Positions 9,309-19,175 of a stretch of DNA of 64,000 nt are shown in pieces; the stretch's first letter is position 1; each line of letters begins with the position of its first letter. Origin of the DNA: Pedobacter sp. (GTDB taxonomy: Bacteria; Desulfobacterota; Desulfuromonadia; Desulfuromonadales; Syntrophotaleaceae); NCBI GenBank assembly GCA_050253415.1, contig JBFWJC010000001.1, forward strand, positions 1,000,679 to 1,064,678, given 5' to 3'. The notes below the pieces were generated by a model. It was not told the DNA's origin. It did no database searches and was given only the letters and a program-made list of their open reading frames with translations. Position numbers and translations under genes: made by a program.

Positions 9309-10457
9309 TCAGGATTTTTTGCGTTCGCTGATCCAACGCGTCAATCGCAACAACAGTCCCTGACGGGTCATGAGGGCTCCATAGGGGCACAGTTCCTGAC
9401 AGCAAAAACATTCGATACAGCGCTTGTAGTCGATATGCAGGCGGCCATGGGCCAGGCGCATAGCCTGGGGGGGGCAGTGTTTCACGCACAGACCGCATTG
9501 GCGGCAACGATGGTGGTCGACATAGGGACGGGCACTTAAAGAGCGTCGCAGTGGGGAGTGCAGCCATTGCGGAAGGCCCCAGACCATGTCGGCGCTCTGG
9601 GCCGGACGGATGCGCGGCACCGCCAGGTCCTCCAGCGAATCGCCGAGCAGTTTAACATCGGCAAGCTGACTGCCGCATCGCTGCGTTTGTTGCGCCAGGC
9701 GCTGGGTCCATACGTCCGCAGTCGTCATGCCTACCAGGCGGGTTGCGACGCTGTCGACAGCCAAGGCGTCGGAACCGGCCAGCAGGGCTCCGATGGGGAC
9801 GGGATCACCGCTGCCGGGGCCATTACCTTCCATGCCGACGATGGCATCGACGATAGTCAGGGCCGGACGGATATGATCAGCCAGTTCCAGCAGCATCAGG
9901 GCGAACAGGCTTTTGTCGGCGCCGGCCTGCAGGTGCAGGGCTGGTTTACGCATTCCGACCACCGCGCCGAACAGGTTTTTGACTCCGCAGGTCAAGCCCA
10001 TCATGCCGTGGGTCTTGAGTTTGGGAAGGTTGATGATGACCTCGGCATCAAGGATATCCTGAGCCAGTTCCAGTTGCCGGAAGGTACGACCGACCGGACC
10101 GATACGGACCGAGTCGCAAAAAGGAGCGAATGTGGCGCCGGTATCTTCGATGACCGCCATAATGCCGCAGTGGCGAGCCACCTCTTCGGGAGTACCGATC
10201 CCCGGTGAGTCGCCCACCGATACGATGCCGCCAGCTGCCTGGGCCAGGCGAATCACCGCGCGTACTACTTCCGGATGGGTGGTTACCGCCTTGTCAGGGG
10301 TTTTGCCTGCGAGCATGTTGGGTTTGATTAATACCCTTTGTCCGGGCTGGACAAAGGCCGCCATGCCGCCGAGTTCACGCATCAGCCGCTCAAGGGCTTG
10401 TTCCACTGTGGTACGGTGGTAATCGGTTGCTGCCACCAGGGCGACGCGGTGAGTCAT
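9309..10457 (-). CDS. DUF362 domain protein with C-terminal 2x[4Fe-4S] ferredoxin
   Basis: VLIKPN, TTHP, INLPKLKTH, GVKNLFG, GNGP; CxxCxxCxxxCP twice. Confidence 0.9.
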   Translation of the reverse strand: MTHRVALVAATDYHRTTVEQALERLMRELGGMAAFVQPGQRVLIKPNMLAGKTPDKAVTTHPEVVRAVIRLAQAAGGIVSVGDSPGIGTPEEVARHCGIMAVIEDTGATFAPFCDSVRIGPVGRTFRQLELAQDILDAEVIINLPKLKTHGMMGLTCGVKNLFGAVVGMRKPALHLQAGADKSLFALMLLELADHIRPALTIVDAIVGMEGNGPGSGDPVPIGALLAGSDALAVDSVATRLVGMTTADVWTQRLAQQTQRCGSQLADVKLLGDSLEDLAVPRIRPAQSADMVWGLPQWLHSPLRRSLSARPYVDHHRCRQCGLCVKHCPPQAMRLAHGRLHIDYKRCIECFCCQELCPYGALMTRQGLLLRLTRWISERKKS

Positions 10458-10849
10458 GCTGCCAGAATTCGGATATGCAGCTTGCGGCGGCGCGGGCCGT
10501 CGAATTCGCAAAAATAAATCCCCTGCCAGGTACCCAACACCGGCTTTCCGTCTTCGATCAACAGAGTCTGGTCCACGCCCAGCAAAGAGCTTTTGATGTG
10601 GGCATCGCTGTTGCCTTCGGCGTGGCGGTAGCCGGCATCGCGCGGGGCAAGGCGCTGCAGGCCAAGCAGGAGGTCGTGTACCACATCGGGATCGGCGTTT
10701 TCGTTGATGGTAATGGCGGAGGTGGTGTGCGGCACATGCAGATAAGCCATTCCGCGACCGATCCCCGCATTGCGAATCGCCTGCCGGACCAGGTCGGTAA
10801 TGTCGATCATATCTTCACGCTTATGGGTTGTGACATCCAGGGTGATCAT
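10454..10849 (-). CDS. yjbQ: YjbQ / UPF0047 family protein
   Basis: HTTSAITINE, HAEGNSDAHIKS, LGTWQGIYFCEFDGPR. Confidence 0.92.
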   Translation of the reverse strand: MITLDVTTHKREDMIDITDLVRQAIRNAGIGRGMAYLHVPHTTSAITINENADPDVVHDLLLGLQRLAPRDAGYRHAEGNSDAHIKSSLLGVDQTLLIEDGKPVLGTWQGIYFCEFDGPRRRKLHIRILAA

Positions 10850-11676
10850 GGCTGCGGCTCCTCGAGATAGGCGATGATGCGTCGGACAACCGATGGGTAA
10901 AACAACAGGGAGGCGTGGCCCATGCCGGACAGTTCCTCATTGGATGTTCCGGCCAAAAAGGCATTTTCCGCGGGCAGAACCATGTTGTCATGGATGGAGT
11001 AGATATTGAGGATCCCGGTGCAGTCCGGCCACGCAGCGGCAGCCAGGCGTTGCAGAAATGCGGAGCCCGGTACCAGCAGCAGACCCAGGGGCGAAAGCGC
11101 AAACGGCGCCAGTTTGGATCCTCCGTGTGGAGCGCCGAGAAACACGCAACGCTCTATTTTTCCGGCACCACCGCGAATCTGCAGGTAATTGCGGGCGATC
11201 AGGGCGCCCATGGAGTGTCCTAGCAGGTGCACCCGGCTAACACCATGCCGATGGCGCAAGGTATCGACCGTTTTGGCCAGTCTTTCGGTAAGAACTTCCA
11301 CGTCTTTCCAGGGAGGCAGGGAGATGGCATACAGAGCCGTGTGCCCGCGTCGCCGCAGATTCAGCTTGAGCCACCACCAGCAGGCACGACTCTGAAACAG
11401 GCCGTGCAGCAGGATAATCGGGGTCTGTTCGCGGGTGATGGGCGGCAATTTGCGGTTGAACCATCCGGCAGGCTGCAGTAGGATGGTCACCATCAAACAG
11501 GCCGCTTCGCCGAGGATCAGACCTGCTGCCAGAACCAGTTGCGCCAGGCGAAAACGGTAAAGGATCAGTTCCGGATTGCGGTTGGCGGATTCGTACCAAT
11601 ACGCCGCGTAACTCAGCGTCGTCAGGCCGATAATTACCCCGAAAAAAAGAATCGCTATTTCGAAGAAAAGCTGCAC
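10846..11676 (-). CDS. alpha/beta hydrolase (lipase-like) with N-terminal TM helices
   Basis: ILLHGL, GHSMG nucleophile elbow, GAPHGGS, HDNMV, GH; GTG start. Confidence 0.85.
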   Translation of the reverse strand: MQLFFEIAILFFGVIIGLTTLSYAAYWYESANRNPELILYRFRLAQLVLAAGLILGEAACLMVTILLQPAGWFNRKLPPITREQTPIILLHGLFQSRACWWWLKLNLRRRGHTALYAISLPPWKDVEVLTERLAKTVDTLRHRHGVSRVHLLGHSMGALIARNYLQIRGGAGKIERCVFLGAPHGGSKLAPFALSPLGLLLVPGSAFLQRLAAAAWPDCTGILNIYSIHDNMVLPAENAFLAGTSNEELSGMGHASLLFYPSVVRRIIAYLEEPQP

Positions 11677-11742
11677 AGTTCCTCCTGTTGGAGCTCATTA
11701 TGGCATGCCCATGCGTAAGCGTCAACGCGCTCATCATGCTTC

Positions 11743-12702
11743 GTGCCAACCTTTTTTACAGGTCCTGAAAGGCCCCCTGCCGTGGACAGCTTGATAGACC
11801 GCTTCTGCCATCATCTCGAAGTCGAGCGCAACCTGTCGCCGCATACCTTGCGTGCCTACCGCCAGGATCTGACCGAATTCGCACGATTTCTCAGCAACGA
11901 TGCAGACACGAAAGGGGGGGCGCCACACACGGTTTCCCTTCGTCAGGTTGATACCCTTGTGTTGCGTCGTTATCTGGCCCGTTTGCACAAGACCAACCGC
12001 AGGACCAGCATCGGTCGTAAACTTTCAGCCGTGCGCAGCTTTTTCCGCTATTTTGTCCGCCAGGGGGAACTGGAGGTCAATCCTGCCGAAACGATCTCTA
12101 CACCGAAACGGGAACATTATCTGCCCAAGGTATTGACCGTGGACGAGGTGTTCGACCTGATCAAGGCCGCCGATGGCGGCGAGCCGTTGACGGTACGCGA
12201 TCGGGCTATCCTGGAGCTGTTCTACTCCAGCGGACTGCGGGTAGGGGAGCTGGCGGGGCTCGATGTCGGTCATCTCGATCTGCGCGAGGGGCTGGTCAGG
12301 GTCAGGGGCAAGGGTGACAAAGAGCGTATCGTGCCCATGGGCCGGCCGGCCCGGCAGGCGCTCGGACGGTATCTGACCGAGCGCGGTGCTCCCGATCGCG
12401 TTCAACCCCTGTTTCTCAATTATCGCGGCGGGCGCCTGTCTGCCCGCAGCATCGAGCGCAATCTCAAAAAATGGTTGCTGCGCGCCGGGATCCTTAAGGA
12501 CGCCTCGCCCCACGCCTTGCGGCATTCCTTCGCTACCCATCTGCTCGATGGCGGCGCTGACCTGCGCGCCATTCAGGAACTGCTCGGTCATGCCTCCTTA
12601 TCCACTACCCAGAAATATACCCAGGTCAGCCTCGATCGGTTGATGGATGTTTATGATCGCGCCCATCCGCGAGGGCGCAAAAAAGATCGTAACGAGGAAT
12701 AA
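11743..12702 (+). CDS. xerC: tyrosine recombinase XerC (start may be GTG 11782)
   Basis: RNLSPHTLRAY, RDRAILELFYSSGLRVGEL, GKGDKER, HALRHSFATHLL, LLGHASLSTTQKYT. Confidence 0.9.
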   Translation: MPTFFTGPERPPAVDSLIDRFCHHLEVERNLSPHTLRAYRQDLTEFARFLSNDADTKGGAPHTVSLRQVDTLVLRRYLARLHKTNRRTSIGRKLSAVRSFFRYFVRQGELEVNPAETISTPKREHYLPKVLTVDEVFDLIKAADGGEPLTVRDRAILELFYSSGLRVGELAGLDVGHLDLREGLVRVRGKGDKERIVPMGRPARQALGRYLTERGAPDRVQPLFLNYRGGRLSARSIERNLKKWLLRAGILKDASPHALRHSFATHLLDGGADLRAIQELLGHASLSTTQKYTQVSLDRLMDVYDRAHPRGRKKDRNEE

Positions 12703-12712
12703 GCTCAGCGTG

Positions 12713-14101
12713 TTATTTCTTACCTCGCCCCCCCTGCTCTTTGTCGGAACCGGTTCTCATGGTGATGCGGTAGATAAAACCGGCGCGGTCGTCGGACAGA
12801 TACAGGGCGCCATCGGGACCGACGGCCGGCCCCACCGGACGACCCCATGCCGTGCGTCCCTGCAACCAGCCCCTGATAATATCCTGAGGCGGCCCGCTGG
12901 GGCGACCGTTTGCAAAGGGGATACCGACCAGTTTGTAGCCGGTGGGCACGGTGCGGTTCCATGAGCCGTGAAACGCCACGAACAGCATGTCGCGATATGC
13001 TCCGGGAAAATCCAGACCTCGACCGAAGGCGATACCCAGCGGAGCGGAATGAGCCTGCATATCAACCTCCGGCGGAAGAGTCTGGCGGCACCGCTCGTTG
13101 TTACCGAAGTTGGGGTCGGGGATGCGCTGGCCATAACAGAACGGCCAGCCGTAATCGCCGCCAGCGACGATGCGGTTGATTTCCTCTGGAGGCAGATCAT
13201 CGCCGAGCCGGTCGCGACCGTTGTCGCTGGCCCACATTTCGCCGGTTTCGGGGTGCAGGGCCAGACCGACACTGTTGCGCAGCCCGCGGCCATAAATTTT
13301 CGCCGGCCCACCGCCATGCGGTATGCGTAAAATCGCCGCGCGTCGAGGATCCTTTTCGATACAGACGTTGCAGCTGGAGCCTGCCGCCACGAAAAAATCG
13401 CCCTCCGATCCGACGATCACGCTGCGGGTCCAGTGTCCGCTGCCGCCGGGCAGATCCGTGGAAATGGTCTCGATGCGATCCGCATGTAAATCACCATTTT
13501 TGTCGGGCAGACGTATCAGGCGTGCCTGTTCGGCCACCACCAGGTCGCGTCCGTCGAAGGCGAGGCCATGGGGCCGATTGAGACCGTCGGCAAATACGAC
13601 CAAACGGTCGGCGACGCCGTCGCCGTTGCGATCTGGCAGCACGCCCACCTGGCCCACATGGGGCAACGATACATACAGATCCCCGTCAGAACTGAAGGCC
13701 AAAATTCGCGGAGCCTGCAGGCCTGCGGCAAATACGGAGATCTTAAGACCGGGAATGGCTTGCAGGTTGTGCGGGGCGGGTTTGACGACATTGGCCAACG
13801 CGTTCGGGATATACAATTGCACCGTGGTCAATCCGGCTTCGTCGGCGTTTGCAGGCTCATTTCCCGCAGGCCAGATAACGAAAATTACCCCTAGGGTGAC
13901 GGTTGCAGCTGCTGCCAATTGAGCGACAGCGCATCGCCAGTTCAGCTGTCGCGTCACGATCAGAAACGACAGGGCGGCCAACGCACAAGGAAGCAGGGCG
14001 TACCATGAAGAAGAGGGTGGTTTGAAATACAGAAAGCTGCCCAGCAGGCAGGTGGCAAAAAAGGCGGCGAAACCAGGGATGGTCAGCATCAATTTGGACA
14101 T
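12713..14101 (-). CDS. PQQ-dependent sugar/sorbosone dehydrogenase family protein with N-terminal TM segments
   Basis: GSSCNVC, GLRNSVG, DNGRD, YGWP, AHSAPLG, FHGSWNR, GRPV, SDD. Confidence 0.88.
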   Translation of the reverse strand: MSKLMLTIPGFAAFFATCLLGSFLYFKPPSSSWYALLPCALAALSFLIVTRQLNWRCAVAQLAAAATVTLGVIFVIWPAGNEPANADEAGLTTVQLYIPNALANVVKPAPHNLQAIPGLKISVFAAGLQAPRILAFSSDGDLYVSLPHVGQVGVLPDRNGDGVADRLVVFADGLNRPHGLAFDGRDLVVAEQARLIRLPDKNGDLHADRIETISTDLPGGSGHWTRSVIVGSEGDFFVAAGSSCNVCIEKDPRRAAILRIPHGGGPAKIYGRGLRNSVGLALHPETGEMWASDNGRDRLGDDLPPEEINRIVAGGDYGWPFCYGQRIPDPNFGNNERCRQTLPPEVDMQAHSAPLGIAFGRGLDFPGAYRDMLFVAFHGSWNRTVPTGYKLVGIPFANGRPSGPPQDIIRGWLQGRTAWGRPVGPAVGPDGALYLSDDRAGFIYRITMRTGSDKEQGGRGKK

Positions 14102-14267
14102 AAAAATCCCTCTGGAGATTTGGAAGCGTACATAAAGCATATCACGTGCAAAGATGATAATGGTTGCAGGAAGTGATAAGCTCACTTCCATAAGACAAAA
14201 TCCGGAAGGGACCCGGGTCTATTTACTCATACAACACACACTTAAGTCGACCGAAGGGGGAGATGCC

Positions 14268-15029
14268 ATGACCTATATGCTGAACCTTATTATGAACCTT
14301 GCGGTGCTCGTTGTCGGCTGCATGATCTATCTGCGCGTGCGAAAGCTGCATCGGCAGTTCAATCAGATGAAAAAGAAATTTTTTGATGAAACCGATGTTC
14401 ACATTCGCAGCCATTTTCCCCAGATGGAGTGTCTGCTGGGGCTTTACTATGAACTGGATTTGCGCAAAAGCCTGCCCTTGACGCGCGGTTGGGCCGGGTC
14501 GCCCGATTTCCTGTGGCACCTTACCCGCCACGCCAGAAAGAATTGTCCTCAAGTCGTCGTGGAGTGCGGCAGCGGCACAAGTACCCTTATTCTGGCCAGA
14601 TGCCTGCAATTGAACGGTGCAGGACATGTTTACAGCATGGATCACGACCCGGTGTTTGCGGAAAAGACCCGTCAGGAATTGGCGTTTCATGGTTTGAGTG
14701 AATGGGCAACGGTGTTCGACGCTCCGTTGCAAAAACACACCCTGAAAGGCGAGGAATGGCTCTGGTACGCACCGGAGGTGCTACCGGAAGGCCTCGGTAT
14801 CGACATGCTGATCATCGACGGACCGCCGGCATCGACCGGTATAAATGCACGTTATCCGGTGGGGCCTCTCCTTTTTCCCCTCATCAATCCTGGTGGTGCG
14901 GTTTTCATGGACGACTATGCCCGTCCCGACGAAACGGCGATTTCCAAGCTCTGGCGGGCAGAATGGCAGGATTTTTCTTTTATCGATATGCAGGCCGAAA
15001 AAGGCCTGCTCTGTATGATAAGGGACTAG
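14268..15029 (+). CDS. class I SAM-dependent methyltransferase, membrane-anchored
   Basis: VVECGSGTST (motif I), IDMLIIDGPP, FMDD; N-terminal hydrophobic helix. Confidence 0.85.
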   Translation: MTYMLNLIMNLAVLVVGCMIYLRVRKLHRQFNQMKKKFFDETDVHIRSHFPQMECLLGLYYELDLRKSLPLTRGWAGSPDFLWHLTRHARKNCPQVVVECGSGTSTLILARCLQLNGAGHVYSMDHDPVFAEKTRQELAFHGLSEWATVFDAPLQKHTLKGEEWLWYAPEVLPEGLGIDMLIIDGPPASTGINARYPVGPLLFPLINPGGAVFMDDYARPDETAISKLWRAEWQDFSFIDMQAEKGLLCMIRD

Positions 15030-15194
15030 TAGGTTGTCGGACTATCCATGAGCCGGCTGCAAATTCGGCTATTTGGCCCATATTTCAGCTCCTTTTCGGC
15101 CCATAGTTACAGCTATGAACCTTCAAACGAGCTGAAATCTGTTCTCAAACACCCAAATTTTCGCTTCGGCACGTATCGTCCGACAGCCTCCTAG
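15026..15194. mobile_element. palindromic MITE-like element
   Basis: Ends CTAGTAGGTTGTCGGACTAT and revcomp CTAGGAGGCTGTCGGACGAT (17/20 match); interior is also an imperfect palindrome. Confidence 0.7.
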
Positions 15195-15389
15195 GCGGTT
15201 GTCGGGTGCGTTGGGCAGTCCCAGCTGTGCCGCATATTTCGTTCCGGTACGATTCATGACTTATCGCAGCCCTCGTACAATGAGCTTGAACCCTTGGATT
15301 GAACAGTTAGACTATTTAATAATAGTGTGAGCATGCGATCTGTGATGCTTTCCGGCCTATCTACCGGTCGCGAATCCAGGAGGGCTAAC

Positions 15390-18143
15390 ATGCAGGAATT
15401 ATACTGGAAAGTCGATAGTCCCCTGGCCCGGCTGGCGGAACTGACCAGCTTTGCAGGAGATCTCTGGGAAAGACCGTTGCGGCGCGACGTACGCTCATTG
15501 GGTAAATTGCTCGGTACGGTGATCCGGGAGCAGGCAGGTATTCCGATCTACGAGCTGGAAGAAGAGCTGCGTCATGGTTCCATCTCCCATCGTCGTCTTC
15601 TTTACCATGCCAAGCCCCAGGACGAGGTCTGGCGCGACGACCAGCAACTGCAGGCCGCGGTCGGTCTGATCCGTGAGCTTTCCCTGGCCGATGCCGGTCA
15701 AATCGTTAAGGCGTTTTCCACCTTCTTCGAACTGGTCAATCTGGCGGAAACCCAGCATCGCAAAAGACGCTTGCGGGCGGTACGGTTGGCTCCTGAAGCC
15801 ATGGATAAACCAGGCTCCCTGCGCGGCACGCTGGTGCGGTTGCGCGACAAGGGCTTCAAGGCTGAGCAACTTCTCGCCGCATTGCAACACATCGAAGTGA
15901 TTCCGGTATTCACCGCTCATCCGACCGAGGTGGCGCGGCGTGTGACCCGCACCAAGCGGCAACATATTGCCTGGGCCCTGGAACAGCTGAACCGGCCATT
16001 GCTGTTCGAAGCCGAAGCCGCTGCGCATCAGCAGTCGATCCTTTGCGAAATCACCGCCCTGTGGCAGACCGAAGAAATCCGCCGTCATCACCCGACGGTG
16101 GAAAACGAGATCAACATGGGGCTCGATCATTACACGCCTTTTCTGATCCCTGCCCTGGGCGATTTTTATCCCGACCTTGCCGCGGCATTCGACGAAATAT
16201 TCGGGCATCAGCTGGCACCTTGCGATCTGCCAACGGTGGTTCGTTTCGGTTCCTGGATAGGCGGCGACCGCGACGGTAATCCGTCGGTAACCCCTGAATC
16301 GACCCGTATCGCCCTGGACCGCGCTCGTGGAGTCATTCTGGACAGCTACCTGCAGGACGTGGCGTTGCTCAGGGAGGTTCTTACTCCTTCCGGTTGCCGG
16401 GTTCCCACCACTGTGGCATTCCGTCAGGTACTACGCGACTACCGGGAAAACATGCCCGCGGCCGCTGCCCGCATGGCATCCTGCCCGGAATGCGAACTCT
16501 ATCGCCAATTTATGGAGGCGGTCGCGTATCGCCTTGCATGTACCCGCAACACGTTGAAACATGCCGATGCCTATCGGTCCGCGCGGGCGTTCCAGGATGA
16601 TCTGCTGCTGGTGCGTGTCAGCCTTGAGCATCATAGCGCTCATCGCCTGGCGCGACAGTATCTCGATCCGCTGCTGCGCAAGGTGGCAACCTTCGGGTTT
16701 CATCTGCATACCCTTGATATACGCCAGCATGCCCGCATGCACAGCCAGGCCGATGCCGATCAGGCCAACTGTCGCGTCGACAGCGCTGCGGTGTCCACGG
16801 TATTTGATACCTTGCAGAGTGTCGTGGCACTCAAACAGGAATTTGTACCGGAGTCGATCACCCGTTATGTCATCAGCGGTACCAGTTGCGCCGAAGATCT
16901 GCGGTTATGGCTGCGATTGGCCGAAAAATCCGGGGTGCAGGTTGGAGGCGATGCACGTAGTGGCGACCCTGGCCTGATGCCGGTGCCCCTGTTCGAATCG
17001 ATCGAAGATCTGCGTAATGCGCCGGAGATCTGCCGTCAACTTTGGACGGACGTGGGATACCGGCGGCAGCTCGATTCGTGGGGGGGCTGCCAGGAAATCA
17101 TGCTCGGCTACTCCGATTCCAATAAGGACGGCGGCATGTTCACCAGTACCTGGGAGCTGCATAAGGCTCAGCGGGCCTTGCATCAGATGGCAAGGCAGTG
17201 CAACGTCAGTCTGCGGCTGTTCCATGGTCGGGGCGGAACCGTCGGCCGCGGTGGCGGACCAACCCATCGCGCTATCCTGAGCCAACCCGGAGGGGCGTTT
17301 TTCGGTTCTCTCAAGATCACCGAACAGGGCGAGGTCATCAACTGGAAATATGCCGATTCGGAACTTGCGCAGCGCAATCTCGAGTTGATGGTCGCCGCCA
17401 GCCTCGAAAGCCTGCTGTGCCCCGACCTGTGCGATGTTGCAGCTAATCCCACCTGGGAGTCGGCGCTGGAAGAGATGTCCGCCATGGCCTTGGTGTTTTA
17501 TCGCCGGCATATCGCCGACAATCCCGATCTGGTGACCTATTTTGAGCAGGCCACGCCGGTGCTCGAATTCGAATTGGCCAAGATCGGCTCGCGGCCGTCG
17601 CGGCGCAAGTCCGCCGGTGGGCTCGATGACCTGCGTGCCATCCCCTGGGGGTTCGGCTGGATCCAGAGCCGCCACGTGCTGCCCGGCTGGTTTGGCGTCG
17701 GATATGCACTTACCGCCTTCGCGGAAAAGGGACCGGAGGCCAAGCGTCTGTTGTGCGAGATGATGGAACATTACCCGTTTTTTGCTGACCTGATTCGCAA
17801 CGTGGAACTGGCCCTGACCAAGGTTGATCTGCCCATTGCCCGGCGCTATGCCGAACTGGTCACGGATGCGGATCTCCGCGAGCGATTTTTTGACCTCGTG
17901 GTCAGCGAACATCAACGTACCCTGACGGCGGTACTTGATGTTACCGCTCAGACCCGCCTGCTCGAACATGAACCGAGTCTGGCCAGGTCCCTGCGGTTGC
18001 GCACCCCTTATGTCGACCCTTTGAGCCTGATGCAGATCGAACTGCTGCGACGTAAACGCAGCGGCGAGGAAAGCGATGAACTCAACTACCTGCTGGCCGC
18101 CACTATTCACGGTATCGCCGCGGGGTTGCGCAATACGGGGTAG
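15390..18143 (+). CDS. ppc: phosphoenolpyruvate carboxylase
   Basis: VFTAHPTE, SWIGGDRDGNP, QEIMLGYSDSNKDGG, FHGRGGTVGRGG, LRAIPW, C-terminal GLRNTG. Confidence 0.97.
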   Translation: MQELYWKVDSPLARLAELTSFAGDLWERPLRRDVRSLGKLLGTVIREQAGIPIYELEEELRHGSISHRRLLYHAKPQDEVWRDDQQLQAAVGLIRELSLADAGQIVKAFSTFFELVNLAETQHRKRRLRAVRLAPEAMDKPGSLRGTLVRLRDKGFKAEQLLAALQHIEVIPVFTAHPTEVARRVTRTKRQHIAWALEQLNRPLLFEAEAAAHQQSILCEITALWQTEEIRRHHPTVENEINMGLDHYTPFLIPALGDFYPDLAAAFDEIFGHQLAPCDLPTVVRFGSWIGGDRDGNPSVTPESTRIALDRARGVILDSYLQDVALLREVLTPSGCRVPTTVAFRQVLRDYRENMPAAAARMASCPECELYRQFMEAVAYRLACTRNTLKHADAYRSARAFQDDLLLVRVSLEHHSAHRLARQYLDPLLRKVATFGFHLHTLDIRQHARMHSQADADQANCRVDSAAVSTVFDTLQSVVALKQEFVPESITRYVISGTSCAEDLRLWLRLAEKSGVQVGGDARSGDPGLMPVPLFESIEDLRNAPEICRQLWTDVGYRRQLDSWGGCQEIMLGYSDSNKDGGMFTSTWELHKAQRALHQMARQCNVSLRLFHGRGGTVGRGGGPTHRAILSQPGGAFFGSLKITEQGEVINWKYADSELAQRNLELMVAASLESLLCPDLCDVAANPTWESALEEMSAMALVFYRRHIADNPDLVTYFEQATPVLEFELAKIGSRPSRRKSAGGLDDLRAIPWGFGWIQSRHVLPGWFGVGYALTAFAEKGPEAKRLLCEMMEHYPFFADLIRNVELALTKVDLPIARRYAELVTDADLRERFFDLVVSEHQRTLTAVLDVTAQTRLLEHEPSLARSLRLRTPYVDPLSLMQIELLRRKRSGEESDELNYLLAATIHGIAAGLRNTG

Positions 18144-18159
18144 ATGACAGGTCTGGAAT

Positions 18160-18189
18160 TGTAAGCTGTAAGCTGTAAGCTGAGAGCTG
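18160..18189. repeat. heptanucleotide tandem repeat
   Basis: TGTAAGC x3 plus TGAGAGC between convergent stops. Confidence 0.8.
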
Positions 18190-18193
18190 GTAT

Positions 18194-19060
18194 TTAATCG
18201 TGCCCGGTCAGGCGATAGTAGGCGTGGGGATGCAACCGTTTGACGATTTTATCCGCCAGCGGCGCAAACCATATCCGCGTCGGAATCCGTACGATGGAAA
18301 GTCCCAGTTCTTCTTTATATTGGCATAAACCTGGCGCCTCTCGGGCGTGAAGGCCATGCACGATCTCACTAATCGATCCTGAGCGGCGGCAGACCTGTAC
18401 CCAATCGAAAAACAATCCGAGGCTGATGTTGGTTTTCAGGTATTGCGAATGCAGAAACAGATCGTCCACATAAGCGGTTGCGCCGACCGCATAGCTGGTC
18501 AGGTAGCCTCCAAGTTTACCGTCCACCATCCCGCCAATGACAAGGGCTTTTTTCGACTCAAAGTATCGCCTTATCTGATCCCGGTATCCGCTGCGCGTGG
18601 GAACTCTGCCGTAACGGTTTCGGGCATGGGCCGAACAGAGGATGTCATACCCCTGGTCAAGAAGCAGACCCGGTTCTTGCAATGCGACAATACGAACCTG
18701 TGTGCGGAGTTTGCGCAGCTTGTTTCGGCAGCGGCCACTGAGGGTTTGCAAGGTGTAGCCGGACACGTCGGTGAGCAGGTGCAGCGGCATGCTGCCATTG
18801 GCCTTGCCGGCATCCGCAGGGTGCAGGGAGGTTCGAAATCCCCAGCATAGTGCATTGGGGCAGGTCGCTTCATCCAGGCTCATTCTGGCCATGTGATGTG
18901 TTGCGACATAGAAACCTGGATACCTTGCCCACCAGTACCGCCCCTTGTGGCGGATAATCTTTTCCCCCCTGAGAATCAGCCAGTCGGCAAGTTCTCTCTC
19001 GGTCATTGAAGCCAGCGATGCTTCCGTCGCATCTTTGAATCCGTGGCTGGAGACATTCAT
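18194..19060 (-). CDS. FemAB/GNAT-fold protein
   Basis: C-terminal half VIGGMVDGKLGGY...AYVDDLF...PGLCQYKEELG resembles the FemABX/GNAT 'GL.xFK..fG' signature; GGAGG RBS. Confidence 0.6.
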   Translation of the reverse strand: MNVSSHGFKDATEASLASMTERELADWLILRGEKIIRHKGRYWWARYPGFYVATHHMARMSLDEATCPNALCWGFRTSLHPADAGKANGSMPLHLLTDVSGYTLQTLSGRCRNKLRKLRTQVRIVALQEPGLLLDQGYDILCSAHARNRYGRVPTRSGYRDQIRRYFESKKALVIGGMVDGKLGGYLTSYAVGATAYVDDLFLHSQYLKTNISLGLFFDWVQVCRRSGSISEIVHGLHAREAPGLCQYKEELGLSIVRIPTRIWFAPLADKIVKRLHPHAYYRLTGHD

Positions 19061-19175
19061 ATCGTCCTACCTCCCGCTTTCGGCATCGGGCTCGTATGTT
19101 CCCGGGGCATGCAAGGCTCTGCCTCGATTACGGCCGGAAAGGACAGGTTGGCACAATCTCACGCACATCCGTGTC

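Noticed and set aside
11743..12702. Tyrosine recombinase as a prophage or island integrase
   Set aside because: Size and motifs match housekeeping XerC; no att sites or phage genes seen; no dif site recognised in the window
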